Below, piece by piece: positions 20,673-31,811 of a DNA stretch of 64,000 nucleotides. How positions within the stretch are numbered: position 1 is the stretch's first letter; each line of letters opens with the position of its first letter. The DNA lies in assembly GCF_035594765.1 (NCBI RefSeq), contig NC_085842.1, forward strand, positions 9,919,256 to 9,983,255, read 5' to 3'. Both the position numbers and the translations under genes were made by a program. Origin of the DNA: Anolis carolinensis (taxonomy: Eukaryota). Under the pieces are notes generated by a model. That model searched no databases and had not been told where the DNA came from. It saw only the letters and a list, made by a program, of their open reading frames with translations.

Positions 20673-21640
20673 TTAAAGATGAGGTAAAGATTACCTTTAA
20701 AGCTGAGGTAAAGATTACCTTCAAAGCTGAGGTAAAGATTACCTTTAAAGCTGAGGTAAAGATTACCTTTAAAGCTGAGGTAAAGATTACCTTTAAAGCT
20801 GAGGTAAAGATTACCTTCAAAGCTGAGGTAAAGATTACCTTTCAAGCTGAGGTAAAGATTACCTTCAAAGCTGAGGTAAAGATTACCTTTAAAGCTGAGG
20901 TAAAGATTATCTTTAAAGCTGAGGTAAAGATTACCTTCAAAGCTGAGGTAAAGATTACCTTCAAAGCTGAGGTAAAGATTACCTTTCAAGCTGAGGTAAA
21001 GATTACCTTCAAAGCTGAGGTAAAGATTACCTTCAAAGCTGAGGTAAAGATTACCTTCAAAGCCGAAGTAAAGATTACCTTTAAAGCCGAGGTAAAGATT
21101 ACCTTTCAAGCTGAGGTAAAGATTACCTTTCAAGCTGAGGTAAAGATTACCTTCAAAGCTGAGGTAAAGATTACCTTTCAAGATGAGGTAAAGACTACCT
21201 TCAAAGCCGAGGTAAAGATTACCTTCAAAGCTGAGGTAAAGATTACCTTTCAAGCTGAGGTAAAGATTACCTTTAAAGCTGAGGTAAAGATTACCTTTCA
21301 AGCTGAGGTAAAGATTACCTTCAAAGCTGAGGTAAAGATTACCTTCAAAGCTGAGGTAAAGATTACCTTCAAAGCTGAGGTAAAGATTACCTTCAAAGCT
21401 GAGGTAAAGATTACCTTCAAAGCTGAGGTAAAGATTACCTTCAAAGCTGAGGTAAAGATTACCTTTCAAGATGAGGTAAGGATTACCTTTCAAGCTGATG
21501 TAAAGATTACTTTTCAAGCTGAGGTAAAGATTACCTTCAAAGCTGAGGTAAAGATTACCTTTCAAGATGAGGTAAAGATTACCTTTCAAGCTGAGGTAAA
21601 GATTACCTTTCAAGCTGAGGTAAAGATTATTTTGAAGGTA
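20673..21640. repeat. 24-bp minisatellite, ~40 copies, consensus GAGGTAAAGATTACCTTYAAAGCT
   Basis: Direct observation; 8-aa periodicity (KAEVKITF) in the ORF track. Confidence 0.97.
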
Positions 21641-21689
21641 AAAACCCCGTCAGACCTACACTTCAGGTTCTCAAGCGACACTTTAGGAA

Positions 21690-22500
21690 GCCGGGAAACC
21701 TCGCCGAGCGGAGGCGGAGAGAGGAGGCTGCTTCCCCGACACGACCCGTCCACGCAGAGGCGCCTCCCGCTCCTTGGCCTGGCCCCCCCTTCTCCGCTTC
21801 AGCAGCCTGCCTGCGATGAGGAGCGGGCCAGGAGAGTCCGGCCCAGAGGCGGGAAGGCGCGGGCGAGTCTGCCTGGAGACGGGTGACGCGGCGAGACGAG
21901 GCCGATTCCCATTGGCCGATTCCTGGAGTGACCGTTAACGGCAGAAGGGCGGAGGGGGGGGCGGGGCGGGGGCGTTCCTGCCCGGAGACCGATGACGCCG
22001 CTCTGAGAGGAAGGCGGATTCTCATTGGCGGAGAAATGAAAGAAGGGGCGTGTCTGTCCGCCTGCCTCTCCGCTTGTCTCGGGCCCCGCCCCTCTGTGGG
22101 TCTCCTGCCCGCGGCCGCCATGTTTCTTGAGGGCGGAAGTCCAGCGAGAGGCGGGAAGACTCGGGGAGGGAGGGGCCGGGCGGCGCTCTTTCCTGTCGGA
22201 AGGAAGGAAGGAAAGAAGGAAGGAGGCCTTTCGGAGAGAGAGAGAGAGAGAGAGAGAGAGGAGGAGGTGAGTGGGGGGAGGGATGGGGGGCGCCCCCTCT
22301 GCCCTCAGGCCTTCCTTCCTTCCTCCCTTCCTTTCTTCCTTCCTTCCTTCTTTCTTCTCGGCCTTTGGGAGGGAGCGGCCTGTCTGTCTGTCTGTCTGTC
22401 TGTCCCGTGACTCTGCGGCCTGCTCTCTCCTCTGCGCATGCGTCCTCTCTCTCTCCCCCCCCCCTCCAGAAGACTGTGACGCGCTCTTGGTGGGGCTGCC
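21690..22500. promoter_or_regulatory. CpG-island promoter, probably bidirectional (genes A and C)
   Basis: CpG-dense; GC boxes, two TGACG..ATTGG modules, YY1-like GCCGCCATGTT, ETS GCGGAAGT and NRF1-like TGCGCATGCG; plus-strand donor GAG|GTGAGT at 22266/22267; lies between divergent genes. Confidence 0.8.
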
Positions 22501-22800
22501 CCTGAAGAAGGCTGTTTTCATGTTTGTCTTGTTACGCATTTTCAATGGTATCCTGAGGCTTTCATGCCAAGCTGCTTTGAGTCCCTTTTGGGGAGATCAA
22601 GCGGGGTATAAATATCCCAACAAACAACCACGAGCAGTTTTGGTTCTTGGCCAATGGACAGAGCAGTTCAAGCCCAACCTTCACCCTCAGTCTTCAATTC
22701 AATGTGGCTTTGTTTTTATAGGCATTCAAGGCGTCAGATGGTGCCCTTGTTGTCAGCCGCCCTCAATGATGTCAATACATCTCTCCCTCAAACGGATATA

Positions 22801-23492
22801 CAGCAGAGTCTCACTTATCCAACAGAAACGGGCCGGCAGAATGTTGGATAAGCGAATATGCTGGATAATAAGGAGGCACTAAGGAAAAGCCTATTAAACA
22901 TCAAATGAGGTTATGATTTTACAAATGAAGCACCAAAACATCATGTTAGACAACAAATTTGACAGAAAAAGTAGTTCAATATGCAGTACTGCTATGTAGT
23001 AATTACTGTATTTACGAATTTATCACGATGTATTGAAAACATTGACGACAAAAATGCGTTGGATAATCCAGAATGTTGGATAATGATGTAAATTTAGAGC
23101 AACGGGAAGAGCCAGGGAGGCAGTTCCATCTTGTCTCCTGTGCCATAGCAACATGCTGTGCTAATTTTATATACATATATATATATAATATACAATAATT
23201 TATAAATATACAATATATTGTACGTACTTGTAATATTGATAATAATATTATAATGCAATACAATATTATACTAATTAATAATATAATATTAATTATATAT
23301 TATATATTAAATGTAATATTACTAATAATATTACCATGAAATTATATAGTACAATATAGTAATTTAATGGCTTATATTGTGCTATGCTAATAATATATTG
23401 TATGTACATTTGAATTGTAAGCCGCTCTGAGTCCCCTTCGGGGTGAGAAGAGCGGCATATAAATGTAGTAAGTAAATAAATAAATAAATAAG
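22801..23492 (+). mobile_element. Composite insert: Tigger-MITE 5' part, AT-rich segment and L2-type tail with (TAAA)n
   Basis: Flanked by the exact 21-bp direct repeat TCTCTCCCTCAAACGGATATA (22780-22800 and 23493-23513). Confidence 0.7.
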
Positions 23493-23576
23493 TCTCTCCC
23501 TCAAACGGATATAGTCATTTTTTCCAACCTCTTTCGGGCGGATGAGTTAGAAACCCAGAGCTCAGGGGTAGATTTT

Positions 23577-23849
23577 GGAGCCTCCAGTGGCCTAGGGGAT
23601 AAAAGCCTCGTGGCTTGAAGGTTGGGCTGCTGACCTGAAGGCTGCCAGGTTCGAATCCCACCCGGGGAGAGCGCGGGTGAGCTCCCTCTCTCAGCTCCAG
23701 CTCCATGCGGGGAGATGAGAGAAGCTTCCCTCCCACAAGGATGGTAAAACAGCAGAACATCCAGGCAACGTCCCCTGGGCAACGTCCTTGCAGACGGCCA
23801 ATTCTCTCACTCCGGAAGCAACTCGGGTTGCTCCTGACACGAAAAAAAA
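23577..23849 (+). mobile_element. tRNA-derived squamate SINE, full length
   Basis: A/B boxes (GGTTCGAATCC); ends GCTCCTGACACG(A)n. Confidence 0.8.
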
Positions 23850-23869
23850 GCGATAGATTCTCCTGAATT

Positions 23870-24280
23870 GACCGACTGGCCCCCTGTTTCAGTAGTGAAG
23901 GAGCAGACCTGATCGTTGGTCTAAAAAATGGAAAAGTACTTGGATCGGAGTTAATTATCCCGGAGATTTTGACATCGGATCCTGAGTGGTGGACTCTCTT
24001 CTTGGTGGCAGTCTTCACCATCATTAACAACACGGGCATCCTACCAAACCACTGGCAATTTGCCATTATAGTTCCAATCTACAAAAAAGGTGACCCTCCC
24101 GATCCTTCCAATTACTGGCCAATTAGCCTTCTATCGGTAATTGGAAAGCTTTGTGCAAAATTCCTATTAATAAAGTTGCAGACCAGGCTGGACCAGAACA
24201 AAACCATCAGCCCTGAGCAAACGAGTCCGTAAGGATAAATCCGCCTTGGATCACTGCTTCGTACTTTCTCAAATACTCCA
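23870..24280 (+). mobile_element. LINE RT N-terminal fragment (clade uncertain, RTE-X-like)
   Basis: WQFAIIVPIYKKGD..NYWPISLLSVIGK. Confidence 0.75.
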
Positions 24281-24477
24281 CGTGTTACTGCATTACTCCC
24301 AGTTTTTAATCTCTCTTATCTTGACATCCATTGCTTAAACTACTAAAAAGAATCCCCCCAAAAGTTGATCTGTCTTCTATATTATTGTCCATTATTTTTA
24401 AATCTAGTAGTCCTGCCTTTCTTCTTCGGTCATCTTCTTGTATTTGATCTTGGTTCAATTGCTTGTCTTTTCTTTTC

Positions 24478-24810
24478 ACTATTTATACCCCGCCCTTCTC
24501 GCCCCGAAGGGGACTCAGAGCGGCTTACAGAACACGCATACGGCAAACATTCAGTGCCTGATTCTACAATTAACAAGGACAGACAACGCAGACACAGGTA
24601 AAAACAACTTTTCCCATCTTATTTTCGGCATCTTGGAGGCTGTGCTCAACACTGGACATGGGGGAGGGGGGGGGGCTGTCACTTCATCTTCCATGTTGAG
24701 GAGCTTCTTCCCGATCAGTGTCCTTAAGGGCATCTTTATTACCTCCCCACTGAAAGCAGTACCTATTTATCTACTCACATTTCTGCTTTCGTCCTGCTTG
24801 GTGGGCAGGT
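24478..24810 (-). mobile_element. SINE fragment (same family as 12868)
   Basis: Reverse complement of the GTAGATAAATAGGTAC core and the GCCGCTCTGAGTCCCC tail. Confidence 0.7.
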
Positions 24811-25842
24811 GAGCTGTGGCTATTTAAAATTGAAATAGACTGAACACATTCCAATTCCAATTAACACGTTAAAATATGATACGATGTAACAAGTGACACA
24901 AGGTAAATGACAATATAACAAAATTTGAAAAATGTTCTGCTCCTGGTTTGAAAGTATCGTTTCCTGTTTTATTGTGCATTCCTTACTTGGAAAGGAGTTG
25001 CTCTACTCCGAAAACTTGGTTTTGTGGCTGCCACAAAGGAGTGAGAATTGAATTGGTTGAGACCTGGTGATGAGGAATTTATTGAAAAACCAGAGCAAAA
25101 TGTGCTACAGCAGGATGTCCCTCCCGCAGAAACCAAGTTTTTGGGTTTGAGAAACTTTCCCCATGTTTTTGTGATGGAATCCATTAGGAAATGGCATTTC
25201 TTAAGTTCTTCTTGATTGTTCCTGGCAACTTGCTCCTTTTTAAAGAAAACTGTGGTATCGTTGTATTTATTACCAAATGAATTTTAGAAGATTATTAGTC
25301 AAATCTGTTTGTTAGTAAGTTAGTTATACGTACACGAATTAATAGATACCATTATCCTTCACCCCCCTTTCCCGCTACACAGCCTTTCTATGAACTAATG
25401 TCTCTTACATGAGGGGTTTGTCCATACTATTTAAAACAGATATAAAACAATCATCTGTTAAAGCACCACATTTTAAAATCTCATTCTTCTTGATCTCTTG
25501 TTCAGCCCATTTTTTCTTTTTTTATCTTCCGATCAGCGTTTTTAGTTCCAACTACTCATAGTTTTTTGGACTTCTCCTTTCTTTAATATCTGCTTTCACT
25601 ACGTCCTGCTTTCACCATTCAAGAATATAATCTCGCTCATTCTTGTTTAAAGGCATTGTGGTCTCTTTCTTGGCCTTTGTTTCCTGTGCGGCATTCAGCA
25701 TTTGCTTCAGAGGTCTGAACAACCTGTGTCTCCTTGTATATTCCAGCTCTTTTTGAAGAGATTTGGTTTGGCCTCTTCTTCTGGCCCCAGATCTCTTCTG
25801 TGGTATCTCCCAACTAAATTGGAGGCTTCTCTTGTTCCACCT

Positions 25843-26812
25843 ATAATAATAATAATAATAAACAACTTTATTTTTATATCCCGCCCCATCTCCCCAAAGG
25901 GACCACAACAGGAACAAGCCCAAAACAACAACACAACATATTTGACAGAAACTTAAAACATTCCAACGATACACAAAATAAAATATGGACAATACATTAA
26001 AATCCAAGCAGATAAAATCAGAGTAATTAAAAGCAAACCAGCGGGGACAGGTTTCATAAAGTGCTGTTTAATGGAAATAAGTAACAGCGATAAAGTGCCA
26101 TATGCTTTTAAAACATAAAGAAGTATTCTGATGACAGCTCTATTGGGCCTATTCATTCAAATGCGCTCTGGAACAACCATGTTTTCAATTCCCGGCGGGA
26201 AAATGGGCAGGGAAGGCGGTAACCTGATCTCCTTAGGGAGAGAGTTCCAGAGCCGGGGGGGGGGGGGGGCACTGCCGAGAAGGCCCTCTCCCTCCCTCGT
26301 CCCCACCAGCCACATTTGAGAAAAAGACTCCTCTCGCTCCCGCCTTTGTCTCAAATGCGGCTGGTGGGGACGAGGGAGGGAGAGGGCCTTCTCGGCAGTG
26401 GCCCCCATCCCGGCTCTGGAACTCTCTCCCTAAGGAGATCAGGTTAGCTCCTTCCCTGCCCATTTTCCGCCGGGAATTAAAAACATGGATGTTCCAGAGC
26501 GCGTTTGAATGAACAGGCCCAATACAGCTGGCATTAGAATGCTTCTCTCTGTTTTAAGGGCATACGGCACTTTATCACTCATTTCCATGACACAGCACTT
26601 TATGAAACCTGTCCCCGCTGGTTTGTTTTTAATTCTATGATTTTATTGCTTGGATTTTAATGTATTTATTATTTATTTTGTGAATCGTTGGAATGTTTTT
26701 GGTCAAATGTCTTGTGTTGTTGTTTTCGGGCTTGTCCCTGTTGTAAGCCACCCCGGGTCCCTTTGGGGAGATGGGGCGGGATATAAAAATAAAGTTTATT
26801 ATTATTATTTAT
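25843..26812. repeat. ~970-bp imperfect palindrome of two head-to-head L2 3' ends
   Basis: Arms ~25843-26325 (-) and ~26344-26812 (+) are reverse complements, each ending in a (TTA)n tail. Confidence 0.88.
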
Positions 26813-27009
26813 ATTATAACAGATTTCATATGCAATAGGGTAACAGTGTAAATCAATGTTTCTCAACCAGGGGGTCGGGACCCCTGGGTAGGTCACGAGG
26901 GGGATGTCAGAGGTGTTGTCAAAGACCATCAGAAACACATATTTCTGATGGTCTTAGGAACCCCTTTGGCAGTCCTTGTGAATGTGATCAACAAATTCTC
27001 TGGTTAATT

Positions 27010-28565
27010 TGGCTCGGAGCGGTTTACAGAAATAGATTAAAACAATACACTTAGCTTTAAATTAACAATAACAACAATAAAAACAACAATAAAAACAGAC
27101 ATAGCCCCGAGTTTTTCACCCATTGAATGCTTGTCGGAAGAGCAAGGCTACAATCGAGAAGGCTCTCTGCCTAGTAGAAGACAAATGATAAGTCCGTATG
27201 TTAGGGACTTCAAGCAAATTTTGGTCTTTGGACCGAAGTAATATCTGGGGTTGGTGGTGGGATAAGCGGGCCCTCAGGTACGCCGGCCCCAAACCATGTA
27301 AGGCCTTAAAGGTTAGTACCAGTATCTTGAAAGTAGTCCGGTACTCAATCGGTAGCCAGTGCAGCTGTTGTAGAATTGGGGTGATACGCCACCTCGCCGG
27401 CACCCCGGTGAGAAGACGAGCTGCCGCATTTTGCACCAGCTTCAGTTTCCGGATCACTGACAGAGGAAGGCCAATGTAGAGGGCGTTACAGTAGCCGAGC
27501 CTCAAGGTGACCGTCGCCTGGATCACCGTAGCCAGGTCGTTCCTAGAAAGGTAGGGAGCCAGTCGCCTAGCCTGACGTAGATGGAAAAACGCAGATCTGC
27601 TCACAGCAGAGACCTGGGCCTCCATTGTGAGCAGAGGGTCCAATAAGACACCAAGACTTTTTACAGAAGATGACGGACGCAGTGTCTCGCCATCCAGGGT
27701 AGGCAGCTGCATCTCCCCCCCACCCGGACGGCCCAGCCAAAGGATCTCCATCTTCGCTGGATTCACCCTCAACCTGCTGGCACGCAACCATCCAGTAACG
27801 GCCTCAAGGCACTGATGGAAACTATCGGGTACGGAGTCCGGCCGGACCTCCATCCTCAGAATGAGCTGATTGTCATCAGCGTACTGGTGGCACTCGAGCC
27901 CAAAGCTCCGCACCAGTCGGGCAAGCGGTCGCATATAGATGTTAAATAATAGAGGAGAGAGAATAGCTTCCTGTGGACCCCACAAGTTAGCGGAGACCTC
28001 TCGGAAACCATCCCTCCCCTCACCACCCGCTGTCCCTGATTCTGGAGGAAGGAGGACACCCATTTAAGGGGTATCCCCCTAACCCCCGTCATGGCTAGGC
28101 AGTGGGTCAATAGATTGTGATCGACCGTATCAAATGCTGCTGTGAGATCCAATAACACAAGCAGCGCTGATCCGCCTTGATCCCTTTGGCAGCGAAGCTG
28201 ATCTGTGATGGCAACTAGCACAGTCTCCGTCCCGTGCCCCCTACGGAAGCCGGACTGGAAGGGAACAAGTCCGGCTGTGTCATTGAGGAACTGCTGCAAC
28301 TGTTCCGCTGCTGCCCTCTCAACCACCTTGCCCAGAAACGGAAGATTCGAGACTGGGCGGTAGCTAGCGGGAACCGAACGATCCAAGTCTGGGCTCTTCA
28401 GCAGCGGAGATACCATCGCCTCTTTTAAACCCTCTGGAAAAACTCCTTGCTCAAGGGAGCTATTTATTATATTCAACAGAGGTTCACGTAATCCCTCCAG
28501 GCAAGATCTTACTATCCAGGAGGGACACGGATCGAGGGAGCAGGTGGTCGGCCTAGTTGCAGTCA
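27010..28565 (-). mobile_element. L2 LINE, 5'-truncated, RT to 3' end with one frameshift
   Basis: ORFs 27856..28653 and 27116..28063: YRPVSNLPFL, QSGFR, YADD, LHWLP. Confidence 0.92.
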
Positions 28566-29800
28566 TCTGGTGGCACAAGCTATACCTGGTACTACCCAGA
28601 TGACGGTCAGAAGCATCATCTTTAGCACATAATTTTAGTTCGAGCCACAACATTGTTTCCTGTGCAAAAGCAAACTTTTGCCTTTATTTTTCCTCCATTT
28701 ACAATGTAATGTCTTCCTGTCCTTGTTGCCTTTCTGTGAATCCGCTGCAGTTTGCCAATGTCCTTTCTAAAATGGACTGAACTGAGCAGAACTGGGCAGG
28801 AATCATGATGTCTCCCACCCAAGGGTGCTGTTGGAGTGCAGAAGGATCTGGAGGGCAGCAGGATTCCCACTCACCCTGGGGGTCTATCCATCTGTCTCCT
28901 CTATACCGCCTTCTCTCATGTACTGCTGCTAGGCTGAGTGCCTTGGCTCTGGCTGAAGTTACATACCTTTGTGGTATAGGTTTTGTAAGAATGCAGTATG
29001 TCAAGGAACTTTGTGGCCTAATGTGCTCTCAGTGTCTCCAGGCGCCTTGCTTTAGAAACGTGGGGCAGGGATCACGCTGCAGGGAAAGAGAGGATCAGGA
29101 AAATATCTCTCCCCCAAGTTGGAGGAAGTATTTTTCTCCCAAGACTGATCACTTGGGATAGTCTGTCCATACAGATGGCCACTCAGGTTTTGAGTGGAGA
29201 TGTGAAGAAGCGGGATCTAGGTAGGAAATGCTTTGCATCGTTAGGCCCTTTCCGTGTTGACCATATTATTAGAGGCCTTCCTTTACCAAGGTTGGATTAG
29301 ACACAGGATCTTAGGCCGCTATCCCCTTTGCAGGGATTGTTCTTTGTTGGGCAAGTGTTAAAGTGCTTCTCAGCAGGCAACGGGCTCTTACCAGTTGGGC
29401 CAGTCTTTCTCCCCTCTTCCCCTGTGATTGCTACAGCACTAGGCTATTGTTCTTCATGTTCAATGAGATCTTTCTGTACTCTGCTCCTAATAAGATTTTC
29501 CTCTTATTCATCTCGCAGGTAACCTCTAAACGAACCTTATGAAGAAAACATTGCCGTTTGCCTTACGTCTGAAAGGAAAGTACGCAGGATTAACAAGAAC
29601 AAGAAATAAATTGGAGAAATTATATTTCAAGCTACATACCTTTAAATGTAAGGAAAGGGAGGACTGTGCTGTAAAAAGAGGGGTTGGTAAAGAGAAAATA
29701 AGGCTACAGCAATACAGAGACTGGGAAGAGGAAATGTCCTATTCAGGAGTCCATATCTGTGAACTTCAGGCATAATATTAGAATAATAAATGTTTAAAAA

Positions 29801-31447
29801 ATGGAAACTTCATTGTCAAAATCACACACAGGGGAGAAGCGACATAATTGTAAGGACTGTGGGAAATGTTTCATTGAAAGAAGTTCTCTTGCTAAACATC
29901 AACGAACTCACACAGGAGAGAAGTCATATAAATGTGTGGAATGTGGAAAGAGCTTCAGTGACAGTGGACATCTGCGTATCCATCAAAGGATGCACACAGG
30001 AGAGACGCCACATACATGCATGGAATGTGGAAAGAGCTTCAGTCAGAGTGGAAATCTACGCACCCATCAAAGGATTCACACAGGGGAGAAGCCACATACA
30101 TGCATGGAATGTGGAAAGAGCTTCAGTCAGAGTGGAAATCTACGCACCCATCAAAGGATTCACACAGGGGAGAAGCCACATATATGCATGGAATGTGGAA
30201 AGAGCTTCAGTAAGAGTGGACATCTGCGTATCCATCAAAGGATGCACACAGGAGAGAAGCCACATACATGCATGGAATGTGGAAAGAGCTTCAGTGAGAG
30301 TGGACATCTGCGTATCCATCAAAGGATACACACAGGAGAGAAGCCACATACATGCATGGAATGTGGAAAGAGCTTCAGTCGGAGTGGAGATCTGCGTATC
30401 CATCAAAGGATGCACACAGGAGAGAAGCCACATAAATGCATGGAATGTGGAAAGAGCTTCAGTCAGAGTGGACATCTGCGTATCCATCAAAGGACTCACA
30501 CAGGGGAGAGACCACATACATGCATGGAATGTGGAAAGAGCTTCAGTCGGAGTGGAGATCTACGCACCCATCAAAGGACTCACAAAGGGGAGAAGCCATA
30601 TAAATGTGTGGAATGTGGAAAGAGATTCAGTGAGAGTGGACATCTGCGTATCCATCAAAGGATGCACACAGGAGAGAAGCCACATACATGCATGGAATGT
30701 GGAAAGAGATTCAGTAAGAGTGGAAATCTACGCACCCATCAAAGGATGCACACAGGAGAGAAGCCACATACATGCATGGAATGTGGAAAGAGATTCAGTG
30801 AGAGTGGACATCTGCGTATCCATCAAAGGACTCACACAGGGGAGAAGCCACATACATGCATGGAATGTGGAAAGAACTTCAGTGTGAGTGGACATCTGCG
30901 TATCCATCAAAGGACTCACACAGGGGAGAAGCCACATAAATGCATGGAATGTGGAAAGAGCTTCAGTGAGAGTGGACATCTGCGTATCCATCAAAGGATG
31001 CACACAGGAGAGAAGCCACATACATGCATGGAATGTGGAAAGAGCTTCAGTCAGAGTGGAGATCTACGCACCCATCAAAGGACTCACACAGGGGAGAAGC
31101 CGCATACATGCATGGAATGTGGAAAGAGCTTCAGTCAGAGTGGAGATCTGCGTATCCATCAAAGGATGCACACAGGAGAGAAGCCACATACATGCATGGA
31201 ATGTGGAAAGAGCTTCAGTCAGAGTGGAAATCTACGCACCCATCAAAGGATGCACACAGGAGAGAAGCCACATAAATGCATGGAATGTGGAAAGAGCTTC
31301 AGTGAGAGTGGAAATCTACGCACCCATCAAAGGACTCACACAGGAGAGAAGCCACATAAATGCATGGAATGTGGAAAGAGCTTCAGTCAGAGTGGAAATC
31401 TACACACCCATCAAAAGATTCACACAGGAGAGAAGCCACATAAATAG
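29801..31447 (+). CDS. Gene C: C2H2-only zinc finger protein, 548 aa, 19 fingers
   Basis: Open ORF with ATG in AAAATGG context; exon acceptor CGCAG| at 29518; in-frame TAA at 29795; no KRAB or SCAN exon found between the promoter and this exon. Confidence 0.85.
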   Translation: METSLSKSHTGEKRHNCKDCGKCFIERSSLAKHQRTHTGEKSYKCVECGKSFSDSGHLRIHQRMHTGETPHTCMECGKSFSQSGNLRTHQRIHTGEKPHTCMECGKSFSQSGNLRTHQRIHTGEKPHICMECGKSFSKSGHLRIHQRMHTGEKPHTCMECGKSFSESGHLRIHQRIHTGEKPHTCMECGKSFSRSGDLRIHQRMHTGEKPHKCMECGKSFSQSGHLRIHQRTHTGERPHTCMECGKSFSRSGDLRTHQRTHKGEKPYKCVECGKRFSESGHLRIHQRMHTGEKPHTCMECGKRFSKSGNLRTHQRMHTGEKPHTCMECGKRFSESGHLRIHQRTHTGEKPHTCMECGKNFSVSGHLRIHQRTHTGEKPHKCMECGKSFSESGHLRIHQRMHTGEKPHTCMECGKSFSQSGDLRTHQRTHTGEKPHTCMECGKSFSQSGDLRIHQRMHTGEKPHTCMECGKSFSQSGNLRTHQRMHTGEKPHKCMECGKSFSESGNLRTHQRTHTGEKPHKCMECGKSFSQSGNLHTHQKIHTGEKPHK

Positions 31448-31544
31448 GACAAGTGCAAAGAAGCAGAATGGTTGTCCAAAGAACTTCTAACGACTATGAC
31501 TCAAAAGGGACATGAACAGGAAGTGGAAGGGGAAGAAATCATAT

Positions 31545-31811
31545 AACCATAGAGTTGGAAGAGACCTCATGGGCCATCTAGTCCAACCCCCTGCCAAGAA
31601 GCAGGAAATTGCATTCAAAGCACCCCGGACAGATGGCCATCCAGCCTCTGCTTAAAAGCCTCCAAAGAAGGTTCCACAGCTGAACTGCTTTCACAATGAG
31701 GAACTTCTTCCTTATGTTCAGGTGGAATCCCCTTTCCTGTATTTTGAAGCCATTATTCTGCATCCTAGTTTGCAGAGCAGCAGACAATAAGCTTGCTCCC
31801 TCCTCCTTATG
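31545..31811 (-). mobile_element. CR1 3' fragment
   Basis: Reverse complement of the CR1 3' end (ORF 31578..31787). Confidence 0.88.

Noticed and set aside
20673-21640. CRISPR-like palindromic repeat array
   Set aside because: No unique spacers, eukaryotic context and no cas genes.
20636-21886. 412-aa and 325-aa ORFs over the 24-bp repeat
   Set aside because: A stop-free unit divisible by 3 explains them; non-ATG starts and no domain.
21663-22882. GC-rich ORFs in the CpG islands (also 51970-53546)
   Set aside because: Low-complexity, stop-poor sequence; not conserved in frame between paralogs; some span the N gap.
25200-25840. Possible L1 relic on the minus strand
   Set aside because: Only weak peptide hints (FSWEIPQ); not supportable without a search.
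29801-31447. PRDM9 assignment
   Set aside because: No PR/SET, SSXRD or KRAB sequence; in-frame stop just upstream of the ATG.
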